DNA of 64,000 bases from Marinicella sp. (GCA_965230295.1 OZ246001.1:1568001-1632000); one strand, 5' to 3'. Shown: positions 1-12,177, counted from the first letter of the stretch. Notes: generated by a model not told the origin, from the letters alone. A program made the numbers and translations.

Positions 1-46
1 GAGTTTCTGTCGGATCTAAATCTGGTGTTGTTTTGATGTTAGTCAT
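1..46 (-). CDS. aceE: 5' fragment of probable pyruvate dehydrogenase E1 component (runs off the window edge)
   Basis: Manual translation from ATG at 46 gives MTNIKTTPDLDPTET, matching the DxDPxET N-terminal motif of AceE; starts 15 nt after the maeB stop; only 15 codons visible. Confidence 0.55.
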   Translation of the reverse strand, partial: MTNIKTTPDLDPTET

Positions 47-61
47 AGCTTTTATCGTTGG

Positions 62-2362
62 TTATTCTGCGGTTTTTAATTGTGCTTGTGAATGGGCATT
101 GGTCTGGGCATCAACCGCAGCAATGGCCACCATGTTGACGATCCTACGGACTGATGATGACGGATTCAGCACATGGGCTGGCAGCTGGGTTCCCATCAAC
201 ATCGGGCCCACTGTCACACCTTGGGAAAAATATCTTATCATGTTTAACGCCATTGTGGCGGCATCCAAATTGGGCATGATCAGCAAGTTGGCTGCTTGTG
301 CATAATCGGCATTAGGAAAAGCATGGGCACGGATGTTTGGCATCAATGCATATTCAGCATCCATCTCACCCTCAACGGCCAGCTCAGGTGCTTTTTCACG
401 GATGATTCTTAAAGCTTCACGCATTTTTTCTGGGCTGTTACCATCGCGGGTACCAAAATTTGAATACGACATCAAAGCCAACCTGGGTGTTTTTCCAAAA
501 GCCCTGACACGTTCGGCGGCACTGATGGCTATGTTGGCCACTTGTTCAGCAGAAGGGTTGGCGTTGACGTTGGTGTCGGTGACAAAGTAGCTGCCCATGT
601 CAGTGGCCACCGCACTCAATCCGGAAGTGGTTTGGTCTTTCAAGCCAATCACATCAATGATGTGTTGTAACACTTTATGAAAACGACCGGTCAAACCTGC
701 CAACATGGCATCGGCTTCACCACGTTTCACCATCAAAGCTGCAATCACGGTGGTCCGGGTCCGAACCACGGCTTTGGCTATTTCAGGGCTCACACCCTGA
801 CGTTCCATGAGGCTGTGATACAACATCCAGTAATCTTTAAAACGTGGGTCTTCCTGTGGATTAACCAGTTCAAAATCACGACCAATCTCTAAATTCAAGC
901 CAATTTTCTTGATGCGTTGGCTCACCACATCGGGCCTGCCAATCAAAATTGGGAAGGCCAACTGATCATTGTTGATGTCTTGTACTGCACGCAGCACCCG
1001 CTCATCTTCGCCTTCTGCCAGCACCACCCGCTTGCGGTCTTTGCGTGCAGCATCAAACACCGGACGCATCATCAAGCCACTTTGGTAGACAAACTCATTG
1101 AGTTTATTTTCGTAGCCAACCATGTCATCAATCTGGCGAGTTGCCACGCCACTGTCCATGGCCGCTTGTGCCACAGCAGGTGCGACATGGATCAAAATAC
1201 GTGGATCAAAAGGCTGTGGAATCAAGTATTCCCTGCCAAACTTCAGCTCCTTACCGCCATAGGCCTGACTGCTGACTTCACTGACTTCCAAACGGGCCAA
1301 CTGGGCCAAAGCATGTACACAAGCAGTTTTCATCGCTTCATTGATGCAGTTGGCGCCGACATCCAGTGCGCCCCGAAAAATGTAAGGGAAACACAACACA
1401 TTGTTAACCTGGTTGGGGAAATCTGAACGGCCGGTGGCAATGATGGCATCCGGTCTGGCCTCCAAAGCCACATCAGGCATGATCTCTGGTATTGGGTTGG
1501 CCAATGCCATGATCAATGGGTCTTTGGCCATCGGTTTAATCATCTCCGGTTTCAAAACACCTGCCACTGAGACCCCAAGAAAGATATCTGCATCCACCAG
1601 GGCTTCCGTCAGGGTCTGTTTTTCAACCCCTTTGGCATAAGACCGCTTGCGTTCAGACTCCAAATCCTCTCGCCCTTCATACAGCACCCCGGCTGAATCT
1701 GAAACGATGATGTTTTCCATCTTCATACCCAACTCAACCAGCAGATCTAAACAGGCCATGCCAGCAGCACCGGCCCCTGAAGTCACCAGCTTAACTTGAG
1801 AAATGTCCTTACCGACCACATGCATGGCATTGATCACTGCCACCCCACAAATGATTGCGGTCCCATGTTGATCATCATGAAACACCGGTACCTTCATGCG
1901 GTTTTTGAGTTTCTCTTCCACATAAAAACACTCAGGGGACTTGATGTCTTCTAAGTTGATGCCACCAAAGGTGGGCTCCAAAGAAGCGATGATGTCGATC
2001 AACTTATCAGGGTCTTTTTCATCAATTTCGATGTCAAACACATCGATACCTGCAAACTTTTTGAACAACACCCCTTTACCTTCCATCACTGGTTTGGAAG
2101 CCAAGGGACCTATGTCACCCAAACCCAAAACTGCCGTACCATTGGTGACCACAGCCACCATGTTGGCCCTTGACGTATAATCGGCTGCGGTTGCAGGGTC
2201 GTCTGCAATGGCCATCGAAGGTGCAGCCACGCCGGGAGAATAGGCCAAAGCCAAATCCTGTTGTGTGGTCAGCGCCTTGGTGGCGGTGATTTTAATTTTG
2301 CCAGGCGTTGGATGCTTGTGGTAATCCAAAGCCGCTTGCTTGATGTCTTCTCTTAGACTCAC
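62..2362 (-). CDS. maeB: NADP-dependent malic enzyme with C-terminal phosphotransacetylase-like domain
   Basis: 766 aa; [41 protein letters not shown] motifs; C-terminal PTA-like domain ([14 protein letters not shown]). Confidence 0.96.
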   Translation of the reverse strand: MSLREDIKQAALDYHKHPTPGKIKITATKALTTQQDLALAYSPGVAAPSMAIADDPATAADYTSRANMVAVVTNGTAVLGLGDIGPLASKPVMEGKGVLFKKFAGIDVFDIEIDEKDPDKLIDIIASLEPTFGGINLEDIKSPECFYVEEKLKNRMKVPVFHDDQHGTAIICGVAVINAMHVVGKDISQVKLVTSGAGAAGMACLDLLVELGMKMENIIVSDSAGVLYEGREDLESERKRSYAKGVEKQTLTEALVDADIFLGVSVAGVLKPEMIKPMAKDPLIMALANPIPEIMPDVALEARPDAIIATGRSDFPNQVNNVLCFPYIFRGALDVGANCINEAMKTACVHALAQLARLEVSEVSSQAYGGKELKFGREYLIPQPFDPRILIHVAPAVAQAAMDSGVATRQIDDMVGYENKLNEFVYQSGLMMRPVFDAARKDRKRVVLAEGEDERVLRAVQDINNDQLAFPILIGRPDVVSQRIKKIGLNLEIGRDFELVNPQEDPRFKDYWMLYHSLMERQGVSPEIAKAVVRTRTTVIAALMVKRGEADAMLAGLTGRFHKVLQHIIDVIGLKDQTTSGLSAVATDMGSYFVTDTNVNANPSAEQVANIAISAAERVRAFGKTPRLALMSYSNFGTRDGNSPEKMREALRIIREKAPELAVEGEMDAEYALMPNIRAHAFPNADYAQAANLLIMPNLDAATMALNMIRYFSQGVTVGPMLMGTQLPAHVLNPSSSVRRIVNMVAIAAVDAQTNAHSQAQLKTAE

Positions 2363-2484
2363 GATGTTGCCCCCAACATTGTCATTGAGACAACAACGCT
2401 CATGACTGTAATCAGCATGAGCGTTGTTGGTTAATTTTTGATCAACTGTTTACTTCCTGAAACAATCGATCAGATTACATGTAG

Positions 2485-3510
2485 TTACTCTTGTTCTAAT
2501 TTGGCTTCGTATTCGCCCATGGCTGCCAAGCCATTCATACGAGCTCGGTGTAACAATTCAGCTTGGGCTGCCTGGACGTTGTCCTGAGGATTGGCACCCC
2601 AAACTTTCAGTGCCGATGCTTGCAATGCGCGACCATATGAAAAACTCAAGGGCCAAGGCAATGTGCCAATGCGATTCATGGCATCCAGGTTTTCCGTGGC
2701 TTCAATTTCAGACTGTCCACCTGATAAGAAAACGATACCAGCCAAAGAAGCAGGGACCGTGTTAAAGAAACAGCTCAAAGTGGCTTCAGCAATTTCATCA
2801 ACGTCTGCTTGTTCCGGGCAGTCACCACCAGGGATCACCATGCTTGATTTTAAGATACAAGCTTCCAATACCACGTTTTGATCAAACAGCTGTTCAAACA
2901 ATGTTTTCAATGTCAATTCTGTGACTTCATAAGCGGTGGCTATGTCGTGATCACCTTCCATCAACACTTCAGGCTCAACCATGGGCACCAAGCCTGCTTC
3001 CTGACACAAGGCCGCGTAACGAGCCAAGGCATGACAGTTGGCATCGATACAGGCCTGAGACGGGTTAACCTCATCTATGGTGATCACTGCTCGCCATTTA
3101 GCAAAACGGGCACCCAACTCATAATATTCATTCAATCGATCACGTAAGCCGTCCAAACCTTCGGTGATTTTTTCACCTTCATAACCAGCCAAAGGATGGG
3201 CCCCTTTGTCGACTTTGATGCCTGGAATGACACCGTTGTCTTTCATCACTTGGGTAAATGCCACACCATCTGCTGATGATTGTCTGAGGGTTTCATCAAA
3301 CAAAATGGCACCTGATATGTGCTCACCCAGGTCTTTGGCGCTCAAGAGCATGTGACGGTAATCCCGACGATTTTCTTCGGTACAATCAACGCCAATGCTG
3401 TCAAAGCGTTTTTTGCAGGTACCAGTGCTCTCATCTATGGCCAAAATACCGCGGCCAGGTGCAACCATCGCTGCGGCCGTTTCAATCATTTCATTCAGTT
3501 TATCTGTCAT
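2485..3510 (-). CDS. fba: Class I fructose-bisphosphate aldolase
   Basis: GILAIDES, GARFAKWRAV, VPMVEPEV, FLSGGQS, SFSYGRALQ motifs; start set at ATG 3510 after an AGGA RBS. Confidence 0.95.
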   Translation of the reverse strand: MTDKLNEMIETAAAMVAPGRGILAIDESTGTCKKRFDSIGVDCTEENRRDYRHMLLSAKDLGEHISGAILFDETLRQSSADGVAFTQVMKDNGVIPGIKVDKGAHPLAGYEGEKITEGLDGLRDRLNEYYELGARFAKWRAVITIDEVNPSQACIDANCHALARYAALCQEAGLVPMVEPEVLMEGDHDIATAYEVTELTLKTLFEQLFDQNVVLEACILKSSMVIPGGDCPEQADVDEIAEATLSCFFNTVPASLAGIVFLSGGQSEIEATENLDAMNRIGTLPWPLSFSYGRALQASALKVWGANPQDNVQAAQAELLHRARMNGLAAMGEYEAKLEQE

Positions 3511-3577
3511 GTTCAATTCCTATCTATTATTCTGGGTTGCGCGTGATGCCACGACGCTGGTTCAATGTTTTGTCTAT

Positions 3578-4753
3578 TTATTTGGCCATTTCTTCCAAAA
3601 TGGTCACCGCTGGCAGTTTTTTACCCTCTAAAAACTCGAGAAAAGCCCCGCCACCTGTAGAAATGTACGATAGTTTATCTGTTATTTGATATTTATCAAC
3701 CGCAGCAAGCGTATCTCCGCCTCCAGCCATAGAAAAACCTGTACTTTCTGCGATTCCAAGCGATAAAGTGCGGGTTCCTTCACCAAATTGATCAAATTCA
3801 AACACCCCAACCGGTCCATTCCAAACCACGGTTCCAGCTTCTTTGGCCATATCGGCATATTGCACGGCTGTTTTTGGACCGATGTCTAAAATCATCTCAA
3901 ATGGTCCCACCTCACTGACATCTTTGATCAAGGCATGGGCATCTTCACTGAAGGCATTGGCCACCACCACATCCACTGGAATGGGTATTTCTTTGCCTGC
4001 CTGTTTGGCTTGTTCAAGTAAATCTTTAGCCAATGGGATTAAATCTGGCTCACACAACGATTTACCCACACTGTGGCCAGCAGCTGCAATGAACGTATTG
4101 GCAATGCCGCCACCCACAATCAATTGATCCACTTGTTCAAACAAACTTTTCAGCACAGTTAACTTGGTGGATACTTTAGAGCCCCCAACAATCGCCAACA
4201 TCGGTCTGGCAGGATTTTCCAAACCCTTGGCCAAAGACTGTAATTCATGTGCCAACAGGGGGCCGGCACAAGCAATCGGTGCATACTTGGCCACCCCATG
4301 GGTTGAGGCCTGGGCACGGTGTGCTGTACCAAAGGCATCCATGACAAAAACATCACACAATTGGGCCAAACTTTTTGCCAGCTCATCATCATTGGCTTTT
4401 TCACCGACATTGAATCGAATGTTTTCCAACAACACCACTTCGCCTTTCTCAACCCCGACGCCACTCTGCCAATCATTGATCAGGTGCACTTTTTGGTTCA
4501 GAGCCAAACTCAGGTATTCAGCCACTGGTTGTAATGAAAAGCTGGATTCTGGCTGGCCTTCTGTGGGCCTGCCCAAATGTGACATCAGCATCACAGCAGC
4601 CCCTTTTTCTAACGCCAGTTTGATGGTTGGCATGGAAGCCAATATACGTTGGTCACTGGTCACCACACCATTTTTTACCGGAACATTCAAATCTTGTCTG
4701 ATCAAGACTTTTTTATTCATTAAGTCTTGGTCTGCCATTAATTTAACTTTCAT
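3578..4753 (-). CDS. pgk: Phosphoglycerate kinase
   Basis: [42 protein letters not shown] motifs. Confidence 0.98.
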   Translation of the reverse strand: MKVKLMADQDLMNKKVLIRQDLNVPVKNGVVTSDQRILASMPTIKLALEKGAAVMLMSHLGRPTEGQPESSFSLQPVAEYLSLALNQKVHLINDWQSGVGVEKGEVVLLENIRFNVGEKANDDELAKSLAQLCDVFVMDAFGTAHRAQASTHGVAKYAPIACAGPLLAHELQSLAKGLENPARPMLAIVGGSKVSTKLTVLKSLFEQVDQLIVGGGIANTFIAAAGHSVGKSLCEPDLIPLAKDLLEQAKQAGKEIPIPVDVVVANAFSEDAHALIKDVSEVGPFEMILDIGPKTAVQYADMAKEAGTVVWNGPVGVFEFDQFGEGTRTLSLGIAESTGFSMAGGGDTLAAVDKYQITDKLSYISTGGGAFLEFLEGKKLPAVTILEEMAK

Positions 4754-4777
4754 TTTTTTAACCTATTCATACCGGGT

Positions 4778-5785
4778 TTATTTTGCCTTCATCAATGCCA
4801 GTGAAACATCCAGCATGCGGTTGGCAAAACCCCACTCATTGTCATACCATGCCAACACTTTGACCAGCTTCCCCTGGACAATACGAGTCATGGTGGCATC
4901 GTAAATGGATGAAGCAGGGTGGTGATTGAAATCAATCGATACCAAAGGCTGATCACAATAGTCCATCACCGCAGATTGTTCAGCTGCCAATTTTACCACT
5001 TCATTGACTTCTTCGACGGAAGTTTCTCTGCCAGCAATGAAAGTTAAGTCCACGGCCGAAACATTGATGGTGGGTACCCTCATGGCATAACCATCTAACT
5101 TGCCGTTCAACTCTGGCATCACCAGACCGATGGCAAGGGCTGCACCGGTTTTGGTCGGGATTTGGCTGAGTGTGGCCGCTCGGGCTCTGCGCAAGTCTTT
5201 GTGGTAAGTGTCTGACAAGACCTGGTTGTTGGTATAAGCATGTATGGAGGTCATCAATCCAGACTCTATACCAATTTTTTCATGCAATGCTTTGGCCAAG
5301 GGTGACAAACAATTGGTTGTACATGAAGCATTTGAAATGACCTGGTGTTCAGCGGTCAGCACGTCATCATTGACACCATAAACCACTGTGGCGTCTATTT
5401 CGCCATTGGCAGGTGCTGATATGATGGCCTTTTTAGCACCCGCTTCGATGTGTTTTCCGGCCAATTCACGGCTGCGAAAGATGCCAGTACATTCCAAAAC
5501 CACATCAATGTCTAATTCACCCCATGGCAATTGAGCCGGATCTGATTCCGCTAATAACCTGATGCGGTCGCCATTGATCAACAAGTGATCTTCATCCAAC
5601 TCGACTTGGGCATTGAAATGCCCATGGGCAGAATCTTGTTGGGTCAGGTAACGCATGGCTTCATGGTCACCCAGATCATTGATCGCAACAATCTCTATTT
5701 CATGGTTTCTTTGGTATTCGTAAAGGGCTCGTAATATGCATCGACCGACGCGACCATATCCGTTTATGGCTATTTTTGTTTTCAT
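4778..5785 (-). CDS. gap: Type I glyceraldehyde-3-phosphate dehydrogenase
   Basis: INGYGRVGR, catalytic [25 protein letters not shown]; start moved to MKTKIAING. Confidence 0.9.
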   Translation of the reverse strand: MKTKIAINGYGRVGRCILRALYEYQRNHEIEIVAINDLGDHEAMRYLTQQDSAHGHFNAQVELDEDHLLINGDRIRLLAESDPAQLPWGELDIDVVLECTGIFRSRELAGKHIEAGAKKAIISAPANGEIDATVVYGVNDDVLTAEHQVISNASCTTNCLSPLAKALHEKIGIESGLMTSIHAYTNNQVLSDTYHKDLRRARAATLSQIPTKTGAALAIGLVMPELNGKLDGYAMRVPTINVSAVDLTFIAGRETSVEEVNEVVKLAAEQSAVMDYCDQPLVSIDFNHHPASSIYDATMTRIVQGKLVKVLAWYDNEWGFANRMLDVSLALMKAK

Positions 5786-5887
5786 TTTTCTTCTCTTCTT
5801 TTCTACTTTTCTATCTAATGATTTTCGGTCATTTTTCAAGTAGACTCAAGCAAAGCCTTTGATATTTTTTGGCTTTTCAACCAGCAC

Positions 5888-5917
5888 AAAAAAGCCTGGA
5901 ATAAACCAGGCTTTTTT
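5888..5917. terminator. Bidirectional-type intrinsic terminator after the downstream symporter
   Basis: AAAAAAGCCTGG-N6-CCAGGCTTTTTT. Confidence 0.8.
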
Positions 5918-5934
5918 CATTCGATTCGGGTTGA

Positions 5935-7443
5935 TTAAGAACTGAATTTCAATCGTCCGGATTTCACATCATCCATAAAGGCCCGGAGCTCTGACTTAAC
6001 CACTGGCGCCAGGAAGTACAAACCGATGATGTTGGGGAATGCCATCGCTAAAGTCATGGCAAAAGAGAAGCCAATCACTGCGCTGAGATCCAGACTGGAA
6101 CCAATCACCACGAAAACCAGGAAGATGACCTTAAACACATTTTCCTGGGTTTTGTTTTCTCCAAATAAGTAGGTCCATGCCCTGACACCGTAATAAGACC
6201 AGGAAATCATGGTTGAAAAAGCAAACAAAATGGCAGCCACGGTCAACACATAAGGAAACCAAGAAACGGCACTGGCAAAGGCATTGGAAGTCAATGGAAT
6301 GCCTTGTAAACCCGCCGAACTGTCGAGTGAACCGGTGATCACTATCACCAAGGCTGTGATGGTACACACCACAACGGTATCGATGAATGGCTCATACAAG
6401 GCCACCAACCCTTCAGTCACTGGGCGATCGGTTTTCACCGCAGAGTGGGCAATGGCTGCAGATCCGATACCAGCTTCATTGGAGAACGCAGCGCGTTGAA
6501 AGCCCACCACCATCACCCCAATCACGCCACCCAAAGCGGCTGAAGGGTTGAAGGCACCACTGATGATTTGACCAAAAGCCCACAACAATTGATTGCCATT
6601 CATCGCTATCACCACCAAGCCGGTGATCAAGTAAATCAAACCCATGATGGGCACCAGTTTTGAAGTGACTTTTGCTATGCTTTTGATCCCGCCGATGATG
6701 GTGATGCCAGTGATGGTGGCCAATGCCAAGCCAAACAACCAGCCTTTGCCAGCCATCATGCCTTCAGCACCGCCGGTGATGTTCTGCAGTTGAGCATACG
6801 ATTGGTTGGCCTGAAACATGTTGCCACCGCCTAATGAGGCACCAACACACAAGATGGCAAACAACACAGCCAAGCCTTTGCCTAAACCGCCAAAACCCTT
6901 TTCGGCAAAACCCTTGGCCAAATACTTCATGGGACCACCTGCCACCGTGCCATCGGCATGCACATCGCGGTATTTAACCCCCAGGGTGCATTCGACAAAT
7001 TTAGAAGACATGCCCAACAAGCCAGCCACAATCATCCAAAAGGTGGCCCCGGGGCCGCCTATACTCACCGCAGTCGCCACACCGGCAATGTTGCCTAAAC
7101 CCACTGTGCCAGAGACTGCTGTCGATAAAGCTTGGAAATGGGTCACTTCTCCAACGGCATGGCTGGTGTCGTATTTGCCCCTGATCAACTTCATGCCAAT
7201 GCCAAATGAACGCAGATTAATGAATTTAAAGTACAGTGTGAAAAACGTGGCTGCCACGACCAACCAAACCACAATAAATGGGGCACTGCCGACAAAAGGG
7301 ATCGGTATGCTGGTCATAAAAAATGCATCGATGGCATTGGCTACGGGCGTTAAAAAATCATTGATGGCTTGATCTACCCCAGCAGCATGACTGATTTGAG
7401 TCATTAATAACAGTAAAAATATCAGCAATCCTTTTAATTTCAT
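5935..7443 (-). CDS. Alanine/glycine:cation symporter (AGCS family)
   Basis: [41 protein letters not shown] motifs; many hydrophobic helices. Confidence 0.93.
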   Translation of the reverse strand: MKLKGLLIFLLLLMTQISHAAGVDQAINDFLTPVANAIDAFFMTSIPIPFVGSAPFIVVWLVVAATFFTLYFKFINLRSFGIGMKLIRGKYDTSHAVGEVTHFQALSTAVSGTVGLGNIAGVATAVSIGGPGATFWMIVAGLLGMSSKFVECTLGVKYRDVHADGTVAGGPMKYLAKGFAEKGFGGLGKGLAVLFAILCVGASLGGGNMFQANQSYAQLQNITGGAEGMMAGKGWLFGLALATITGITIIGGIKSIAKVTSKLVPIMGLIYLITGLVVIAMNGNQLLWAFGQIISGAFNPSAALGGVIGVMVVGFQRAAFSNEAGIGSAAIAHSAVKTDRPVTEGLVALYEPFIDTVVVCTITALVIVITGSLDSSAGLQGIPLTSNAFASAVSWFPYVLTVAAILFAFSTMISWSYYGVRAWTYLFGENKTQENVFKVIFLVFVVIGSSLDLSAVIGFSFAMTLAMAFPNIIGLYFLAPVVKSELRAFMDDVKSGRLKFSS

Positions 7444-7504
7444 AGTTACCCTCTTTGTCTTAATGGTTATCTAGTTACACATTCCAAATCTAATATTCAG
7501 CCAT

Positions 7505-7535
7505 AAAAAAGCCCGACCGAAGGTCAGGCTTTTTT
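7505..7535. terminator. Intrinsic terminator between the two symporter genes
   Basis: AAAAAAGCCCGACCGAAGGTCAGGCTTTTTT hairpin with A/T tails. Confidence 0.75.
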
Positions 7536-7556
7536 ATGACAGGATGCCGTTGTCAA

Positions 7557-9065
7557 TCATGAGCTTTGCTTGATCTCGCCTGACTTGATTTTAGCCATGT
7601 AATTGGTCAACTCACGTTTCACCACCGGCGCCAAGAAGTACAAACCAATTAGATTCGGAATCGACATGGCAAAAATCATGGCATCAGAAAATCCAATCAC
7701 TGCAGTCAAGCTCATGGAAGATCCAATAACGATGAAGGCCAAGAATAAAATGTTGTAAGTCATGTCGACTGCTTTACCGTGTCCGAACAGGTAATTAAAA
7801 GCACGGAGGCCATAATATGACCAAGCCAACATGGTAGAAAAGGCAAACAACACAGCCGCAACGGTTAATACATACGGGAACCAAGAAATGGCTGAACCAA
7901 AGGCCGCAGATGTGAGGGCTATGCCTTGACCTGAAGTAGGCGCCTCAGGAATGAAACCGGCAATACCAATCACCAAAGCAGTGATGGTACAAACAATCAC
8001 TGTATCAATAAATGGCTCATACAAGGCAACCAACCCTTCTGTTACGGGATGATCTGTTTTAACGGCTGAATGCGCAATCGACGCCGAACCAATACCGGCT
8101 TCATTCGAGAACGCAGCCCGTTGGAAACCAACGATTAACACACCCACCAAACCGCCGAAAGCAGACTGGGTTGAAAATGCACCATCATAAATGGCGCCAA
8201 AAGCAGCAGGCACATGTTCAATGTTCATCAAAATAACAATCAAGCCCGCCACCACATATAAAATACCCATGAACGGTACCAGGCGAGAGGTGACTTTGCC
8301 GATGCTTTTGATGCCACCAATAATGGTCACACCAACCAGCGCAGCAACCACCACACCAAATACCCACCCATTGTTGGCCAGGAATGATTCTTCACCACCC
8401 GTGACACTGACCACTTGTTCTAAGGCCTGATTGACCTGGAACATGTTGCCACCACCGAATGAACCACCGATACAACAGATGGCAAAAACCACTGCCAAAA
8501 CTTTACCAAATCCAGCCATGCCTTTTTCTGCAAAACCTTTGGTCAGGTAACGCATGGGTCCACCATGCACATGACCGTTTGGTAACACATCACGGTATTT
8601 CACCCCTAAGGTACACTCAACGAACTTGGTAGACATGCCTAATAAGCCGCAGACGATCATCCAAAAAGTGGCTCCAGCACCACCAATGCCAACGGCAGCA
8701 GCCACACCGGCAATGTTACCCAAACCAACCGTGCCCGACAGTGCCGTAGACAAGGCTTGGAAGTGGGTCACCTCACCCGGTGCATTGGAGTAGTCATACT
8801 TACCTCGGATCAAAGCAAAACCATGGCGGAATGATCTCAGGTTGATGAATTTAAAATAAAAGGTAAAAAAGGTAGCTGCCACCACCAACCAGATAACAAC
8901 CCATGGGACTGTGGTCCCAAATAAGGGAATCTGCATGAAGATGAAGTTGGTAAATTTACCCAAATAAGGGCCGACAGCATTGTTGATTTTTTCATCCAGA
9001 CTTTGTGCTTGTACAAAACCAGAAATCGATAAAAGCAAAACAGCAAGTTTTAATTTAATGTTCAT
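7557..9065 (-). CDS. Alanine/glycine:cation symporter (AGCS family), paralogue
   Basis: Same motifs ([26 protein letters not shown]); start moved to MNIKLKL. Confidence 0.93.
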   Translation of the reverse strand: MNIKLKLAVLLLSISGFVQAQSLDEKINNAVGPYLGKFTNFIFMQIPLFGTTVPWVVIWLVVAATFFTFYFKFINLRSFRHGFALIRGKYDYSNAPGEVTHFQALSTALSGTVGLGNIAGVAAAVGIGGAGATFWMIVCGLLGMSTKFVECTLGVKYRDVLPNGHVHGGPMRYLTKGFAEKGMAGFGKVLAVVFAICCIGGSFGGGNMFQVNQALEQVVSVTGGEESFLANNGWVFGVVVAALVGVTIIGGIKSIGKVTSRLVPFMGILYVVAGLIVILMNIEHVPAAFGAIYDGAFSTQSAFGGLVGVLIVGFQRAAFSNEAGIGSASIAHSAVKTDHPVTEGLVALYEPFIDTVIVCTITALVIGIAGFIPEAPTSGQGIALTSAAFGSAISWFPYVLTVAAVLFAFSTMLAWSYYGLRAFNYLFGHGKAVDMTYNILFLAFIVIGSSMSLTAVIGFSDAMIFAMSIPNLIGLYFLAPVVKRELTNYMAKIKSGEIKQSS

Positions 9066-9183
9066 ATGGTTCCCAAAATGATTAGCAGAATGGTCACAGT
9101 AGTTTGTTGTTATTTTTAGCCACTGCACACCGAAAATTCGGACATCATCTTAACTGGTTTTCGGCAGTAAGGGTAGGACAAAG

Positions 9184-9621
9184 CTATTTTTTCAATTCAA
9201 TGGTCAGTTCATCACCCGGTTTAAAACCATATTTTTCACTCAACCCGGCATTGATTTCCAACACATATTTGGCTGGTTTAGTACTCGGATAATTGGGACA
9301 ACGAGAAGTGGTGTTCTTACAGGGTGGTGTTTTTTCACTGATGCTGACCAAAATTCTGTTTTCATCAAAATACAAAATATCCAAAGGTATCAAAGTGTTT
9401 TTCATCCAAAAAGCTCGCCGATAAGCATCTGGAAAAATAAAAAGCATGCCCGCATCATCAGCCAATTTTTCTCTAAACATCAGGCCCATGGCTCGGCTGT
9501 TGTTGTCATCAGCCACTTCAACTAAAAATGATTGGCCTTTCAAAGTCACTCGGTTTTGGTTCTGTTGGCAACCCGTCAAAAGCAAAATCAACAGCACCAT
9601 TGGGATTATTTTTTTTATCAT
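9184..9621 (-). CDS. DUF192 family lipoprotein
   Basis: VEVAD..RAMGLMFR, GMLFIF, FWMKNTLIPLDI, YVLEINAG; lipobox LTGC. Confidence 0.88.
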   Translation of the reverse strand: MIKKIIPMVLLILLLTGCQQNQNRVTLKGQSFLVEVADDNNSRAMGLMFREKLADDAGMLFIFPDAYRRAFWMKNTLIPLDILYFDENRILVSISEKTPPCKNTTSRCPNYPSTKPAKYVLEINAGLSEKYGFKPGDELTIELKK

Positions 9622-9705
9622 CAGAGACATTTTTTTAAAAAGTAAACTGGAATTTATCACTTAACAAAGCTAAACTCAATACAAGTTAATTGATAGGGTT
9701 TTCAA

Positions 9706-10743
9706 GTGGATATAGCCGAGTTATTAGCCTTTACCGTAAAAAACAAAGCATCAGATTTGCATTTGTCGGCAGGATTACCACCCATGATTCGTGTGGATGG
9801 GGACGTACGAAGAATTAATTTGCCACCTTTGGAACACAAAGAGTTGCATGACATGATTTACGACATCATGAATGATTATCAACGCAAAGAGTTCGAAGAG
9901 ACCTTTGAGATTGATTTTTCATTTGAAATTCCAGGTTTGGCCCGTTTCAGGGTAAATGCCTTCAATCAAAACCGTGGTTGTGGCGGTGTATTCCGGACCA
10001 TTCCAACAGAAATTTTGACCTTTGAGGATTTGAACTGTCCTGCCATATTCAAAGAACTCATTGATGTGCCCAGAGGCTTGATTCTGGTAACCGGTCCGAC
10101 CGGTTCCGGTAAATCCACCACCCTGGCAGCCATGATTGATTATTTAAACAAAAAAGAACATGGTCATATTTTAACCATTGAGGACCCGATAGAATTTGTA
10201 CACACAAGTAACAAATGTCTGATCAATCAACGTGAGGTACATCGGGACACCAAGAGTTTTGAAAACGCCTTACGCTCCGCCTTGCGTGAAGATCCAGACA
10301 TCATCCTGGTGGGTGAGTTGCGGGACCTGGAAACCATTCGCTTGGCACTGACTGCAGCAGAAACGGGTCACTTGGTGTTTGGTACCTTGCACACCACCTC
10401 AGCGGCCAAAACCATTGACCGGATCATTGATGTGTTTCCTGCCGGTGAAAAACCGATGGTGCGATCCATGCTTTCCGAATCATTGCGGGCGGTGGTGGCA
10501 CAAACCCTGATCAAAAGGGTTGGTGGTGGCCGAGTGGCTGCCCACGAAATCATGGTGGGTATACCAGCGATCAGGAACTTAATTCGAGAAGACAAAGTGG
10601 CTCAAATGTATTCGTCCATCCAAACCGGTCAATCGGTTGGTATGCAGACTTTGGACCAGTGTTTGATTGAACTGGTGAGAAAAGGCTTGATCTCTAAAGC
10701 ACAAGCAAGATCAAGGGCAGTGAAGAAGGCAGATTTTGATTGA
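9706..10743 (+). CDS. pilT: Type IV pilus retraction ATPase PilT
   Basis: ASDLHLS, GPTGSGKSTT, EDPIE, LREDPD, AIRNLIRE motif. Confidence 0.97.
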   Translation: MDIAELLAFTVKNKASDLHLSAGLPPMIRVDGDVRRINLPPLEHKELHDMIYDIMNDYQRKEFEETFEIDFSFEIPGLARFRVNAFNQNRGCGGVFRTIPTEILTFEDLNCPAIFKELIDVPRGLILVTGPTGSGKSTTLAAMIDYLNKKEHGHILTIEDPIEFVHTSNKCLINQREVHRDTKSFENALRSALREDPDIILVGELRDLETIRLALTAAETGHLVFGTLHTTSAAKTIDRIIDVFPAGEKPMVRSMLSESLRAVVAQTLIKRVGGGRVAAHEIMVGIPAIRNLIREDKVAQMYSSIQTGQSVGMQTLDQCLIELVRKGLISKAQARSRAVKKADFD

Positions 10744-10786
10744 TCTGGTTCACTGATTTGAATAACCGTACAACAGAGGTATAACC

Positions 10787-11908
10787 ATGGACTTTAATTC
10801 GTATTTAAAATTGATGGTACATAAAAAGGCGTCTGACCTTTTTATCACAGCCAATTTGGCACCAAGTATTAAAATTCATGGCCGGGTGATTCCCATCACC
10901 CAGCAGCCACTGACCAAGGCCCAGGCGCGAGATATGGTCACCGGCATCATGTCGCCTTATCAGAAAGAAGAATTCGAGCGGACGCACGAATGTAACTTCG
11001 CCATCGGAGTGTCATCGGTGGGTCGTTTCAGGGTCAGTGCCTTTTACCAAAGAAACGCTGTTGGTATGGTGATTCGTCGGGTTGAAACCAAAATCCCAAC
11101 TTTTGAGTCTTTGAAATTACCAGAGGTGTTAAAAGAACTGTCATTAACCAAACGTGGCATCATTATTTTTGTGGGTGGTACCGGTACTGGTAAATCCACC
11201 TCACTGGCTGCGATGGTGGGCTACCGCAATGTGAACACCACCGGTCACATCATCACCATCGAAGACCCCATAGAATATGTACATGAACATCAAGGCTGTG
11301 TGATCACCCAGCGAGAAGTTGGCCTGGATACAGAGTCATTTGAAGTGGCATTGAAAAACACCCTGCGACAAGCCCCAGACGTGATCATGATCGGTGAGAT
11401 CAGGACCTCTGAGACCATGCAACAGGCGGTCACCTTTGCTGAAACCGGACACTTGTGTTTGGCCACTTTACATGCCAACAATGCCAACCAGGCCTTGGAT
11501 CGGGTGTTACACTTTTTCCCCAAAGATGCCAGAGAACAACTGTTGATGGATTTGTCTTTGAACCTGCGTGCCATGGTCGCACAACAGTTGATTCCAACAC
11601 CCGATGGCAACGGCAGACGGGCAGCTGTAGAAATTCTGATCAACTCACCTTTGGCACAGGAGTACATCCGTAAAGGCAAAATTGAGAAACTCAAGGATTT
11701 GATGAAAAAATCCACCAACATGGGCATGCAAACCTTTGACCAAGCCATGTTTGACTTGTACCAAGCCGGTGAAATCACTTATGAGGATGCACTCAGGCAT
11801 GCTGATTCAGCCAATGAAGTGCGACTGGCCATTAAATTGTCACAAGGTGGTGATGCCGACTCCTTGTCGATGGGTATGGACGGTATTGGTTTGGAAGAAG
11901 ATAAGTAA
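10787..11908 (+). CDS. pilU: Type IV pilus ATPase PilU
   Basis: ASDLFIT, GGTGTGKSTS, LRQAPD, HANNANQALDR; directly follows pilT. Confidence 0.95.
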   Translation: MDFNSYLKLMVHKKASDLFITANLAPSIKIHGRVIPITQQPLTKAQARDMVTGIMSPYQKEEFERTHECNFAIGVSSVGRFRVSAFYQRNAVGMVIRRVETKIPTFESLKLPEVLKELSLTKRGIIIFVGGTGTGKSTSLAAMVGYRNVNTTGHIITIEDPIEYVHEHQGCVITQREVGLDTESFEVALKNTLRQAPDVIMIGEIRTSETMQQAVTFAETGHLCLATLHANNANQALDRVLHFFPKDAREQLLMDLSLNLRAMVAQQLIPTPDGNGRRAAVEILINSPLAQEYIRKGKIEKLKDLMKKSTNMGMQTFDQAMFDLYQAGEITYEDALRHADSANEVRLAIKLSQGGDADSLSMGMDGIGLEEDK

Positions 11909-11924
11909 GCCTGTACCGAATAAA

Positions 11925-11952
11925 GCTCACTTCGACTCCGCTCAGTGAGCGG
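11925..11952. repeat. REP-like palindrome, family A (core CTTCGACTCCGCTCAG)
   Basis: GCTCACTTCGACTCCGCTCAGTGAGCGG; same core recurs at 12178-12257, 45012-45139, 49785-49865 and 50249-50375. Confidence 0.85.
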
Positions 11953-11963
11953 TTAAATGATAG

Positions 11964-11991
11964 AAAACCCGGTTCAATGTCCGGGTTTTTT
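11964..11991 (+). terminator. Intrinsic terminator of pilTU
   Basis: AAAACCCGG-N8-CCGGGTTTTTT. Confidence 0.75.
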
Positions 11992-12000
11992 ATTGCATCC

Positions 12001-12119
12001 CGTCATTGCGGCGAAGGCCGCAATCCAGCGTCTTTATTTCACAATGCAATGTATGAATTTATTGCAGCTTTAAACGTATTTCTGAAAGACACTGGATGCC
12101 GGCCTTCGCCGGCATGACA
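12001..12119. repeat. Inverted doublet of CGTC-type palindromic repeats (family B)
   Basis: CGTCATTGCGGCGAAGGCCGCAATCCAG ... CTGGATGCCGGCCTTCGCCGGCATGAC in inverted orientation; relatives at 39991-40105 and 47701-47736. Confidence 0.8.
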
Positions 12120-12177
12120 AATCAGTTGGGGTCATCACCCTGAATAGGAAAACTGTGTCTGTGAAGCTAATTTGCTT

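Noticed and set aside
2391-2429. Perfect 14-bp hairpin between fba and maeB as a member of the repeat families
   Set aside because: No similarity to families A-C and no second copy seen; more likely an mRNA stability or termination hairpin
4778-5785. Calling this gene epd because it precedes pgk-fba
   Set aside because: HAYTNNQ and DLRRARAA fit GAPDH better than the Epd variants; left as gap
9066-9183. Glycine riboswitch upstream of the AGCS genes
   Set aside because: No GGAGA...CCGAAG...CTCTCAGG pattern, and the gap is short
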